Assembly: GCA_002269645.1 (NCBI GenBank)
Contig: NIVC01002049.1
Span: 1-38,344, forward strand
Source: Macrostomum lignano
Taxonomy: Eukaryota
DNA length: 38,344 nucleotides
Direction of reading: 5' to 3'
Shown: in pieces, positions 23,205-38,274 of the stretch
Numbering within the stretch: position 1 is the stretch's first letter
Layout of the letters: every line of letters starts with the position of its first letter
The notes under the pieces: generated by a model
Database searches by the model: none
Seen by the model: only the letters and a program-made list of their open reading frames with translations
What the model was told of the DNA's origin: nothing
Position numbers and translations under genes: made by a program

Positions 23205-24106
23205 TGCGTCTGGTCAAGCCAATCTGCACGAATCATTTTGAATATTCACAGACATTTTTTTATATTTTTTAGTCAAAAATACTGTTTTTGCTATCGTTCA
23301 CTATAGAAGTTCACTTCTGAACTTTCTTGCTAAACCATTTAAACTTGTAATTAAAAAATCGTTTGCTCTAGCGATTTGAGACCATGGACAACTGAAGTAG
23401 AAGGACTCTTGACTCTGTTTTCTAACAAATGAGCTGCAGATCGGAAAAGAAGGCATATTTGTCGTATCGCTAGTGCATTTAGTCTGCTCCAAGAACTACT
23501 CAAGAAAATAGGACTGGAACCTACATTTCTTAGAAATTTTTAGGAGGCCGGTTTTACCGGAAAAAAACATTACGGAGAATGGAGCTTTACATTTTCTCAG
23601 GACAAAAATTGTTGATTTTGATAGGAAGCAGGCGCAATGTTCATCTTATGTTATGGCTTGCCATTCCTATATTCCTATATTCACAGAGCTTTTTGTTTAG
23701 TAGCTACCGTCCTTTTACTTAAGTCGTTCGTGTGTGAGAAATTTAATTTTGACAATAATAATTATAGTTTCAAGTCAATGCTATTTTACATTGCAATAAA
23801 TCAACAAATTTATTTGCTTTTCACTGTTTTTGAAAACTAAACGCGTATCAAAATGTTTTTAATTTCTGCGTCTTGTGTAATAGCTTAAGGATGATATCAT
23901 AGTTTTAGTTTCAGCATCACCATAAGATTTTACTTTTGATGTCCAAAGTTACTACTGAATTTAGTTTTTAGGTTAATTGCGATGTGTTTTTATTAGTGCA
24001 ATACGAGTTAATTGCAGTTGAATTTCATTTTGAAGTTCTAAAAAAATTGAAACCAGAAGATTTGGTCAAAACTCAAGGACACTATCAAGTCAATACTTTG
24101 TCAGGA

Positions 24107-25457
24107 CAAATCAGTCAATGGTGACACAAGACACTGTCAAGCACAAATCAGTGAATGGTGACACAAGACACTGTCAGCACAAATCAGTCAATGGTGACAC
24201 AAGACACTGTCAGCACAAATCAGTCAATGGTGACACAAGACACTGTCAAGCACAAATCAGTCAATGGTGACACAAGACACTGTCAAGCACAAATCAGTGA
24301 ATGGTGACACAAGACACTGTCAGCACAAATCAGTCAATGGTGACACAAGACACTGTCAGCACAAATCAGTCAATGGTGACACAAGACACTGTCAAGCACA
24401 AATCAGTCAATGGTGACACAAGACACTGTCAAGCACAAATCAGTGAATGGTGACACAAGACACTGTCAGCACAAATCAGTCAATGGTGACACAAGACACT
24501 GTCAGCACAAATCAGTCAATGGTGACACAAGACACTGTCAAGCACAAATCAGTCAATGGTGACACAAGACACTGTCAGCACAAACCAGTGACCAATGTTG
24601 ACACAAGACACTGTCAGCACAAACCAGTGACAAATGGTCACACAAGACACTGTCAGCACAAACCAGTGACCAATGATGACACAAGACACTGTCAAGCACA
24701 AATCAGTCAATGGTGACACAAGACACTGTCAGCACAAATCAGTCAATGGTGACACAAGACACTGTCAGCACAAACCAGTGACCAATGTTGACACAAGACA
24801 CTGTCAGCACAAACCAGTGACAAATGGTCACACAAGACACTGTCAGCACAAACCAGTGACCAATGGTGACACAAGACACTGTCAGCACAAATCAGTCAAT
24901 GGTGACACAAGACACTGTCAGCACAAACCAGTGACCAATGTTGACACAAGACACTGTCAGCACAAATCAGTCAATGGTGACACAAGACACTGTCAAGCAC
25001 AAATCAGTCACTGGTGACACAAGACACTGTCAGCACAAATCAGTCAATGGTGACACAAGACACTGTCAGCACAAACCAGTGACAAATGATCACACAAGAC
25101 ACTGTCAGCACAAACCAGTGACAAATGGTCACACAAGACACTGTCAGCACAAACCAGTGACAAATGGTCACACAAGACACTGTCAGCACAAACCAGTGAC
25201 AAATGGTCACACAAGACACTGTCAGCACAAACCAGTGACAAATGGTCACACAAGACACTGTCAGCACAAACCAGTGACAAATGGTCACACAAGACACTGT
25301 CAGTACAAACCAGTGACAAATGGTCACACAAGACACTGTCAGCACAAATCAGTCAATGGTCACACAAGACACTGTCAGCACAAACCAGTGACAAATGGTC
25401 ACACAAGACACTGTCAGCACAAACCAGTGACCAATGGTGACACAAGACACTGTCAGC
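24107..25457. repeat. 36-40 bp minisatellite (AATGGTGACACAAGACACTGTCAGCACAAATCAGTC)n
   Basis: About 35 units with 36/37/39-bp variants; same family as 29596-31412. Confidence 0.97.
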
Positions 25458-25527
25458 ACCGAGACACAGTCAGTATTTGATGCCTGTCTAAAACCCAATT
25501 TATTGCATGATCCATCAATAGAAAGAA

Positions 25528-28500
25528 ATGTCCAGCACTGCAACTGCGACAGCATCAAACGCGCTGGCGGACGCCAAATTGTCCTCTTCGTTCGCTTGCA
25601 TCAACAGACGAACACCGGTGCGCGCCGCCTGGTCAGATACGCGCCATCGCGTGAAAACCGCGCCAAGCGAGAAGCCGGCTAATTATTTGGCAGGACTAGT
25701 GACGCCGAGTTTGCTGGTTGTGTCCGAGCCGGTTAGAAGGCATTGTGCCACAGCTTCGCTGCCTTTGAGGCACCAGCAGCACCAGCAGCAGCACCAGCAG
25801 CAGCAACTCGGAGAGGTGCCCACAAGTGAAGAATCTGCTCTGCCTAAGACGGCGGTAAGACAGGGTGATGGGAGCTACATGTAAGCATGTAATTTTTCTG
25901 GATCGCACGAATGGTTGTCCGGAAAGATTCTGCGGCAACTTGTCAGATCTAGCGACAGCGGATTCCATTATTTTTTTCCATCTGAAGAGCCATTCAAAGG
26001 GGTTGAGTTCATGACAGGGAAGATCATTTGGAAGACAAGATCTGATGCGATTGACAGGATTGGAATGTTCAAGAAATGAGGGAGAATTACGTTGTTACAG
26101 GTGATGGTTAAATGGTGTTTAAACATAAAAATTTTTTCCATGTGGAAAAACCGTTACCTTTTATTTTCGTTGACACTGTTACTGCAAGACTATGACAAAC
26201 TTTTAAATAGAATGACGTACGAGATTGATCGTATTTAATCCCAAGCTTCATTTCTCACTCTTCCAGCCTCCAGCTAGCCGGACTTTCCAGCTTGGCCCGG
26301 GCTTCCAGTTGACCCGTTCGCGAGACCGAGTCCTGGTAACCCTGGACTCCGATCAGCTGTTCACAGCCAGGCAACAGAAAGCCGAAACAGTGGCGAAGCA
26401 GAGCCGAACTGTTGAAGAGGCACAGCGCGATGCTTTAGTCGGTCAGATGCAGAAACACCTGGACTCTTTGGTTGTCATGCTAGAAGAAGAGCGACTCAAA
26501 CGTCGAGAAGAGATCGAAGCCCTAACGGCTGAGATGCAAGAAAAACTCGAGGCTCAGTCTCAGGCTCACGAGGGTCGGATCATTGACCTGCTGGCCCAGC
26601 ATCAGACTGCTGTGCAACAGGTCGAGAAGGAGAGACAGGAGCAGGTGAGAAGTTTTGTTGAGAATAAGAAAATGATAATGAGCTTGGGAGTTGGAATCTG
26701 AGTGGAGGGAGATTTGAATCTGAGTATGCGGTTTTTTACCTGAGTAGTAGGTAGCTTAAGATCTGGGTAGGGTAGCTTGGGATCTGGGTAGGGTAGCTTG
26801 GGATCTGGGTAGGGTAGCTTAGGATCTGAGTAGGGTAGCTTCGGATCTGGGTAGGGTAGCTTGGGATCTGAGTAGGGTAGCTTGGGATCTGAGTAGGCCG
26901 TAGCTTAAAATCTGAGTAGGGTAGCTTAGAATCTGAATAGGGTAGCTTAGAATCTGAGTAGGGTAGCTTGGGATCTGAGTCAGGGTAGCTTGGGATCTGA
27001 CTAGGAGGAACTTGGGATCTGAGTAGGGTAGCTTGGGATCTGAGTAGGGTAACGTGGGATCTGAGTAGGGGAACGTGGGATCTGAGTAGGGGAACGTGGG
27101 ATCTGAGTAGGGGAACGTGGGATCTTAGTAGGGGAACGTGGGATCTGAGTCGGTTAACTTGGTGTCTGAATATTGAACGAATACTTATGTTCACTAAACT
27201 AAAAGCTGATTAATAATTAATAAACCAGGCCCAAGAAGCCGAGACCAAGTACACCCTGATGCGCAAAGAACTGGAGAGTCAGATCGCCTACCTCAAGAGC
27301 AGTTTCGACACATTCAAAGACTCCTACACCAAAGATCTTGATGAAAAGTGGCGAAAGAAAGAAGCAGAGCTGATTGCTGAAGGCGAGGCCCGCGCCAAAC
27401 GACTGGTTGATGAGGCCACGAGTGAGTTGCTGAAAGAGCGCGAGGCTGAAGTCGAAGCGTTGAAAACTTCTCACAATTCTGAGCTGCAGAAATTGCAATT
27501 GGAGCACGAGAAGGAATTAAGCGAACTGCACAATCGCTACTCAGATATGGAGGGCACTGTTCAGCGATTGAACTCAGCGACTAGGGACTTGGTGGTGAGT
27601 GGGGCTGATTTAAATTAGTGCTTTTTTGTTTAAATTGGTAGTTGAAGTTCATAGCGTGACACTTTACGAGCTATTAACTTAGCATTGTTGCTTACTAAAC
27701 TGGTTTTAAATTGCTGTGTCACTAATGTCACTCCGATTGGTATTCCAGTGTCACTCCGTACTGTTACTCCAATTCAATTTCACTCCGTACTGTTACTCCA
27801 ATGTCACTTCATACTGGTACTCCAATGTCACTTCATACTGTTACTCCAATGTCACTTCATACTGGTACTCCAATGTCACTTCATACTGTTACTCCAATGT
27901 CACTTCATACTGTTACTCCAATGTCACTTCATACTGTTACTCCAATGTCACTTCATACTGGTACTCCAATGTCACTCCGTCTTGTGTTCCAACATCATTC
28001 TGTAGTGGTACTCCGATGTACTCCATACTGGTACTTCAGTGTCACTCTGTCCAGTACTTATTTGTTACCAATTCCTTCCACTCCATCTGGCACTTAAATG
28101 CCACGCTAATATCACTCAAATGTCACTCTGTCTCTGGTCACTGTCGTTGTCACTAACTTACTTACTACTGACGGGGGGCGCAGGCGCCGCGAATAGGTCC
28201 TATTGCAATCCCAAGGTAAAAGAGCACAAGGATTAACCCTGAGGGTGCGCCCAGTCCCCGCCAGTAGTCGGCAGGTTCGCAGTGGAGGCATCGGCGACCC
28301 TCATCCGGCCGGTATCCCGGACGAAGGCGCAAAGGTCACGGATGTTGTCTGGGGTGGTCAACTCGTTCATCCGCTGGGGGAGGCCGAGATATTTGTGCCG
28401 CGCCTTGTTGAAGTAAGGGCAGAAGGTGACGTGATGCTCCGCAGTCTCCTCTCCTATGCCACAGAAGGGACAGGTGGGAGGGCAACCGGTTTGCAACGAG

Positions 28501-31500
28501 ATATGTCTCTGGAAGGAACCATGGCCGGTTAGGACCATGCACAATTCCCTTAGGTTAGGTTAGGTTAAGTGATGTCAGATAACCAGATGCTTTCCTGTTC
28601 AGGTTAGGCATAGCAGAGCGGCTCTGTCTGTACTCGGTGCAGCTGTTCCAGTGAAGCTGGTGTTGCTGGCGGAGCCAACTGTTCATATGGCGGGATATTT
28701 GCGAACTAGGAATGGGTAGCCTCATCTGACGGTGGTTGTCGTCTGGGTTGCTTCCCTCCTTGCCGAGAAAGTCCGCGAGCTCGTTGCCCAGGATTTTGCT
28801 GTGACCGGGTGTCCAGATAATTCTAATCCTGTTAAGGACTGAGAGAGACTGCACACTGCTGTGGCATGGGGATACTGTAGCAGCGGAGATATTCTCAGTG
28901 GTTAAGGCCTTGATAGCGGCTTGGCTATCAGTGTAAAAATGAATATTGAAATTATTGATGTTCGCTTGGAGGTTTTGGGCGCACTACTCAATGATGCAAA
29001 TTTCGTTGTCACTTAACTAACTTTTTAAAGCTGCTTTTTTATCTTTAATTATATATCTAGCAGTGAAGGAACTATCAAATCTTGTACCCATTTGCACTTT
29101 ACCACACTAAAATTTAATATGAAATACTCGTAAATTCTACTTTAAGTAGTGTAGCACTTAACCAGTTTTATTTACTCGTAGTTTGACAATTAAGAAAAAT
29201 TTTAAAAAATCTGCACGCGTGACGCAACCACCAACACCAGTAACAGCGGAACCTGCAGTGACTCTAATCTCTGTTTGGACGTGCAACAAATAAATTGGTT
29301 TTAATAGCAATTTCAAATATTGATTTATCGATAATCTATTGGTATTTATCTGGTATAATGCCAATTATGATTTGTTTACTGTGTGAGTAACTTCCTGATT
29401 AGAGAGGATTTAAGTATTGTCAATTTTTCTCGGATGAAAATTTACTTTCTGTTACTTTCTTTTCTAACAATTTTATAGCAAATAATTTAGACGTGATGTT
29501 AATTGATTATTCTTACATCAGCCTTGATTTTATTTTTTAATCTTGTTCTTTATATATAGAATTGATTAAAAAATACCACTTGATTTTAGCTAAACATACA
29601 CAAGACACTGTCAGCACAAACCAGTGACCAATGGTGACACAAGACACTGTCAAGCACAAATCAGTCAATGGTGACACAAGACACTGTCAGCACAAATCAG
29701 TCAATGGTGACACAAGAAACTGTCAGCACAAATCAGTGACCAATGGTGACACAAGGCACTGTCAGCACAAATCAGTGACCAATGGTGACACAAGACACTG
29801 TCAGCACAAACCAGTGACCAATGGTGACACAAGACACTGTCAGCACAAACCAGTGACCAATGGTGACACAAGACACTGTCAGCACAAATCAGTCAATGGT
29901 GACACAAGACACTGTCAGCACAAACCAGTGACTAATGGTGACACAAGACACTGTCAGCACAAACCAGTGACCAATAATGACACAAGACACTGTCAGCACA
30001 AATCAGTGACCAATAATGACACAAGACACTGTCAGCACAAATCAGTGAATGGTGACACAAGACACTGTCAGCACAAACCAGTGACCAATGGTGACACAAG
30101 TCACTGTCAGCACAAATCAGTGACCAATGGTGACACAAGACACTGTCAGCACAAATCAGTCAATGGTGACACAAGACACTGTCAGCACAAATCAGTGACC
30201 AATGGTGACACAAGACACTGTCAGCACAAATCAGTGACCAATGGTGACACAAGACACTGTCAGCACAAATCAGTGACCAATGGTGACACAAGACACTGTC
30301 AGCACAAATCAGTGACCAATGGTGACACAAGACACTGTCAGCACTAATCAGTGACCAATGGTGACACAAGACACTGTCAGCACAAATCAGTCAATGGTGA
30401 CACAAGACACTGTCAGCACAAATCAGTCAATGGTGACACAAGACACTGTCAGCACAAATCAGTGACCAATGGTGACACAAGACACTGTCAAGCACAAATC
30501 AGTCAATGGTGACACAAGACACTGTCAGCACAAATCAGTGACCAATGGTGACACAAGACACTGTCAAGCACAAATCAGTGACCAATGGTGACACAAGACA
30601 CTGTCAGCACAAATCAGTGACCAATGGTGACACAAGACACTGTCAGCACTAATCAGTGACCAATGGTGACACAAGACACTGTCAGCACAAATCAGTCAAT
30701 GGTGACACAAGACACTGTCAGCACAAATCAGCCAATGGTGACACAAGACACTGTCAGCACAAATCAGTGACCAATGGTGACACAAGACACTGTCAGCACA
30801 AATCAGTGACCAATGGTGACACAAGACACTGTCAGCACAAATCAGTGACAATGGTGACACAAGACACTGTCAGCACAAATCAGTGACCAATGGTGACACA
30901 AGACACTGTCAGCACAATCAGTGACAATGGTGACACAAGACACTGTCAGCACAAATCAGTCAATGGTGACACAAGACACTGTCAGCACAAATCAGTCAAT
31001 GGTGACACAAGACACTGTCAGCACAAATCAGTCAATGGTGACACAAGACACTGTCAAGCACAAATCAGTCAATGGTGACACAAGACACTGTCAGCACAAA
31101 TCAGTGACCAATGGTGACACAAGACACTGTCAAGCACAAATCAGTGACCAATGGTGACACAAGACACTGTCAGCACAAATCAGTGACAATGGTGACACAA
31201 GACACTGTCAGCACAAATCAGTGACCAATGGTGACACAAGACACTGTCAGCACAAATCATCAATGGTGACACAAGACACTGTCAGCACAAATCATCAATG
31301 GTGACACAAGACACTGTCAGCACAAATCAGTCAATGGTGACACAAGACACTGTCAAGCACAAATCAGTCAATGGTGACACAAGACACTGTCAGCACAAAT
31401 CAGTGACCAATGCTGACAAAAGAAGTCTATAATTAATGTGTACAATGGTTACAAACACGCAATAAAATCTAATTTCTCAGGCCAAAGAAGAAAAGGTGAA

Positions 31501-31910
31501 ATCGCTGACGTCCCAGCTCGAATCGCGAGAGAACGAGGTTGCCAGCCTCGAGCGAAACCTGGCCAACACTCGCGTCAGAGTTAGCGGCTTTCAAAGCTCG
31601 CCTAGACGAACGAGTTCGCCTAGTAGACGAGAAGTACAAAGCTCGCATGGCAACAATGCGACTCGAAGCGGTTGACCTACGCAAAGCGTATATTACCAAA
31701 TGCGAACAGTTGGTAGAGTCGAGAAAAACAGAGGACACCAAACTAGGCGAACGAGTTTACAAATCCAAAGAGATTATGCGTGACGTCATCAAAGCCAGAC
31801 ATCGAGTCGAAGTGTCCATGGCGGCGTTGGATCCAAGCGAGGAGGATCTGCGCCGATGCCATTCGACCGGAGGTTCAGTCAGCCAACTACCGTTAACGAA
31901 CGTGAGCTAG
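25528..31910 (+). CDS. FLACC1: FLACC1/ALS2CR12-like flagellar coiled-coil protein, join(25528..25854,26267..26644,27229..27594,31481..31910) with one extra base near 31574
   Basis: All introns phase 0 (GCG|GTAAGA, CAG|GTGAGA, GTG|GTGAGT; acceptors at 26266, 27228, 31480). [18 protein letters not shown] resembles recalled human VSPGYQLVRNREQISVTL; [18 protein letters not shown] resembles YLKNMFRTYQDS..EMEEKW; DEKYK...LRKAYITK resembles EEKYK...LRQKIISK. About 499 aa after correcting the frameshift. Confidence 0.8.
26758..27150. repeat. 21-bp minisatellite (GGGATCTGAGTAGGGTAGCTT)n in an intron
   Basis: About 18 units read directly. Confidence 0.93.
27715..28135. repeat. 24-bp minisatellite (TACTCCAATGTCACTTCATACTGT)n with degenerate flanks
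   Basis: About 8 clean units at 27790-27975; flanks decay. Confidence 0.88.
28155..29002 (-). mobile_element. 5'-truncated, disrupted non-LTR retrotransposon (RNase H-bearing, I/R1/Loa-like) in the FLACC1 intron
   Basis: RNase H motifs [12 protein letters not shown] and [22 protein letters not shown]-terminal GHG...CPFC...ETAEHH..FC knuckle. Short AGTA-type 3' tail. 11-bp TSD TCGTTGTCACT at 28144-28154 and 29003-29013. Confidence 0.9.
29596..31412. repeat. 36-40 bp minisatellite, same family and orientation as 24107-25457
   Basis: About 48 units read directly. Confidence 0.97.
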
Positions 31911-32473
31911 CGGTGCGGTCAGCTGGTCACCACGAAGACGATTTTTAATTTAAATTTTCTTTGTTTTAACCGACGAAGGTATAAATATTAAAGCACCTTA
32001 CTAGAAAATTCGGTTAGATTCTGAGAAAAATTGGGAAGAGTAAATTGCTTTCTACAATAGCTATTTAAATTGGAAGACCATATAATATTTGAGAAAAGAT
32101 AAAAAAGCATTTCCAAAAGTTTACAATTTTTTAGGGAATTAAAGTTGTATTGTCAAATATATTTAACTTTTTTGGAAAAGTTGGTTTTATTTGGATTTCG
32201 TAGAAAGTTTTTTTATATTTAAAAAATTAACTAGGAATTAAAACAACAAGCTAGACTTGTGAAGGAGCGTGAAATTCGTTTTAAATCTGATCGATAGTAA
32301 CGTTTCTTAGAAAACAAGCTATAACAAAAAGTGTTTTGGTAAAAATTATTTAAAAAGTATAGCTTGTAGCGCCTTGTTTCCCACTGTTTCCCTGCATTTA
32401 ATAAAAGTACTTTCTTTCGAGTGCCCACAAGCTAGTTTGTCTATGGCCTAAACTCCCACTTTCGGTTTCAGCC

Positions 32474-32692
32474 CATGGATGAAAGTATAGAAAGGATCGC
32501 TCATCTGAAGGCGAGACTATGGTTAAGACTTCCTAAAAAAAGCTGCAGGTCCAGTAAGAACTTTGGGGGGGGGGGGGCTATTAATAAATTCTAGCAGCCA
32601 CTGAAATACATGGGGGGATATCCCAATTTTAATGAAGTCTTGGCCATAGATTCGCTTTCAGATGAGAGATACTTTCTATTCCTTAATCCATG
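32474..32692. repeat. 59-bp imperfect inverted repeat, MITE/foldback-like
   Basis: 32474-32532 (CATGGATGAAAGTATAGAAAGG...AAGACTTC) matches the reverse complement of 32634-32692 at roughly 80%. Confidence 0.75.
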
Positions 32693-34232
32693 TTTCAGCC
32701 TCAATTAAACTAACTGTACATGTTCATAAATTTTTATTAAATAGACGCGGTCGCCCCCCCCCCAGCCAAGAGTTAACCTTTCGCTCAACTTAATCAAGCT
32801 CTGATCGCCTTCATCTTTTATTAGCCACAAGCTATCTACAGTAGTTGCAGGATCGGAGTTTGTAGACAAAAAATTGTTTCACTTTTTAAGATAACTCGTC
32901 TGAGTTTGGTTTCCTATAATAATGTCGGATATTATAATTTTTTAAAACAAATATTTGTCTTTCTGGAAGTAGAAGTGAAAATCGATTAAAGTATAGTTTC
33001 GTAGAAAATTCCTAATTATAAATTCTTGTAAAGATGGCAATAAACTTCACTCGTTTCGTGAGATTACTAGAAAAATTCTAATTAATAATACAATTTGCAA
33101 GATCGAAATAAATCACTCGATACGACGTATTATTGACGCCAGCTTTTATCGAAAAATTAATATATCGAATTTGATTAAAGATTTGTTATAATAAGCGCAT
33201 TTTTTACTGACGGAAATGAATAAATTCTTTTTTGAAAGCTGATCTTTGCCACGTTTGAACTTGTTATAAATATGTTACTAGTATTTAATGCTAGTAGCGA
33301 TGAAGTCTTCTATGTAGTTGTGATATATTTATAGCTCGTATCAACTAGCTTTTTTGCACGTCGAATCTTGTAAAACGGAGAGAGCACAATCTTTATCTTG
33401 AACAGTTTATTTTTCTCTTGTTTTTCTTTTTTAATCTACGAACTCATCCAAATTTTAATGCCTAATTTGTTGATAAGATATTAGCTTGTGCACCTATAGC
33501 TATTGTTGCACTTTGAATTTTATTGAATATACATGTAGTATGTTTAAATACACATAAAATAATGTGTTGAGGTAGCAGTGTGTGTTTCCATCAGTCCTTA
33601 ATTACTTAACATGTATCCATATGGAACAAATTATTCAAGAGATTCTTTGTCACAATTATTATTAACTCCGATCTGGTCATTCGGGGGTCCAATCACATCT
33701 GTCTACTTCCGTTCACATCTATCTACTTCCGGTATATACGTATCTATGTACTTCCGGTCACATCTTACTATATCTACTCAATAGAGTAAAGTATATTTAC
33801 TTTTAAATACTCTAGGAAAAATAAACGAACATAAAATGATATTCAAACATACATGTAGCTCGTTAAACGTAAAATTATATCCGCAGTTCGGCATAAACTT
33901 TCTAAACTACAGACCGTTTAGTAGCTGCTCTGTATGTCATAAATCATTCGAGTTCCACGTGGCAAAGGATGATGGTGCGCGCGCGGTGCGGTTCCCGAGA
34001 TTTTTATTTTCCTTCCCACAAGGTGGTTTGCTGGGCGAAACCCTGCATGTGCCTTTCTAATTAGTCAGAGTTAACTACCTGCTATTTGCTCCCTACTGCT
34101 TTTTTCCTATGTTGATCAACTGGAAATGCTTTATTTCGCTTTAAAAATACAAAGTACAAATTAGTCCGACTAAAACCAATAGCATGCTTTGTCAAGTGAG
34201 TTTTTGGAATTATGTCCGGCATGCTCTGCATC

Positions 34233-34262
34233 AACAGACAGACAGACGACAGACAGACAGAC

Positions 34263-34305
<43 letters not shown>

Positions 34306-34328
34306 CAGACAGACAGACAGACAGACAG

Positions 34329-34360
<32 letters not shown>

Positions 34361-34402
34361 GCAGGCAGGCAGACAGACAGACAGACAGACAGACAGACAC
34401 TA

Positions 34403-34435
<33 letters not shown>

Positions 34436-34512
34436 CACAGACAGACAGACAGACACACAGACAGACAGACAGACAGACAGACACACAGACAGACAGACGG
34501 ACAGACAGACAC

Positions 34513-34559
<47 letters not shown>

Positions 34560-34609
34560 GGAAGGCAGGCAGACAGGCAGGCAGGCAGGCAGGCAGGCAG
34601 ACAGACAGA
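34233..34609. repeat. (GACA)n microsatellite
   Basis: Read directly, with GGCA variants at the 3' end. Confidence 0.97.
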
Positions 34610-35105
34610 TGTTTATAAAACTACCGACCGCACAAAAGCAGACACCAATTAAGGCAACGCCAAGAAAAGCAGTGAATCAGAGCAATGCAGCCAAGCAATG
34701 GACAAGTGAAGGACAAATTCTACGCCTTGACAATTACCAGTTCGTGATCGAATGCACAGCGGCCGGCTGCAGTCTGACTTCAGAATCGGTATATCCCTCG
34801 CCTGTCTGACTTTATTACAGTCACAATGTCCAGGATGAAGGCATTAGGATTAGCCCACAGCTGGAATGCGTGGATGAAAGATTTGCTGAGGCAATCCTCA
34901 ATCCATATTTGGTTTGATTGAAGACTCGAACAGACCGGAGTGCAGCAACGAGGAAGTTTGGAGACAGAGAAAAGTAAATAATGCCAGTCCGACGGCGTCA
35001 GCCATCATGCGACCGGCTTTGCCCTCCGCGATCTCCGTTCGAGCTTCGAGCCATTTTCTGCTCAAAAAGTCAAATGCACCAGGCACATTGGAGCGAGCGC
35101 GCTAC

Positions 35106-37070
<1,965 letters not shown>

Positions 37071-37716
37071 CCTTCACTCCTGGCAGTAATAAAAGCGCCA
37101 ACCTTGACAAATTTACGTGTAATTAGCATTATTTTAGGCTTACTGGTTAATCTGCAGAAAATACTACAGATCTGTACTTCTTCAATTAGGCAATATGCAA
37201 AAGTAATTATTTTTATTCTAAGCATTTAACAAAAATGTACATTAGTTGACAAAAAATCTACTCCAGTCTTTAAGTGCATGTTCTTTCTCAATAAAACTGC
37301 ATTTCTATCTGAATCCGTAGGTTTTTGTTTGCTTTAACTCGCTAACCGATGAGGGATTACAGTGCAATAAAACTGCAGCCAATCAGAGAGCTTGGAGTCA
37401 CGACAGAGCATTAAGTACAGTATATTAAGCGCTGTGTTTCTTCCTTCCTTCGTACTACGAGCTAGCAATGGCTTGTTTAAAATTTTCTATTTTGAAGAAT
37501 AAATCACAAATACATTTTTGCAGTACAGCTTTCATTGCGTCTTTTCGAAATTCATTTTGACATTTTCCGGAAAAAAACTAATGATAGAAAATTTTCTAGC
37601 TTTTGGCACTAATAACATGAATAGGTAAGTGCAATGAACCTTGGACTTTAAGTTTCAGGGCAGCCCGCTTTCGAGTATCACGCTGTCACGTTCCGCGGAT
37701 CAGGGGTAAATATAAT

Positions 37717-38274
37717 TTGAGTGTCAGGGCTAACTAATTTGAGTGTCAGGGTTAACTAATTTGAGTGTCAAGGCTATAATTAATTTGAGTGTCAGGGCTA
37801 ACTAATTTAAGTGTCAAGGCTATAATTAATTTGAGTGTCAGGGCTAACTAATTTAAGTGTCAAGGCTATAATTAATTTGATGTCAGGGCTAACTAATTAA
37901 GTCAAGGCTATAATTAATTTGAGTGTCAGGCTAACTAACTTGAGTGTCAGGGCTAACTAATATTGAGTGTCAGGGCTAACTAATTTGAGTGTCAGGGCTA
38001 ACTAATTGAGTGTCAGGGTTAACTAATTTAAGTGTCAAGGCTATAATTAATTTGAGTATCAGGGCTAACTTATTTAAGTGTCAGGACTAACTAATTTGAG
38101 TGTCAGGGCTAACTAATTTGAGTGTTAGGGCTAACTTATTTAAGTGTCAGGACTAACTAATTTGAGTGTTAGGGCTAACTAATATGAGTGTCAGGGCTAA
38201 CTAATTTGAGTGTCAGGACTAACTAATTTGAGTGTCAGGGCTAACTAATTTGAGTGTCAGGGCTAACTAATTTG
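37717..38274. repeat. ~22-bp minisatellite (TTTGAGTGTCAGGGCTAACTAA)n
   Basis: About 25 units read directly. Confidence 0.93.

Noticed and set aside
24447-31157. His/Cys-rich repeat ORFs ([21 protein letters not shown]) and ORFs over the 21-bp and 24-bp arrays
   Set aside because: Translations of minisatellites lying in intergenic or intronic DNA; the frame shifts with unit-length variants.
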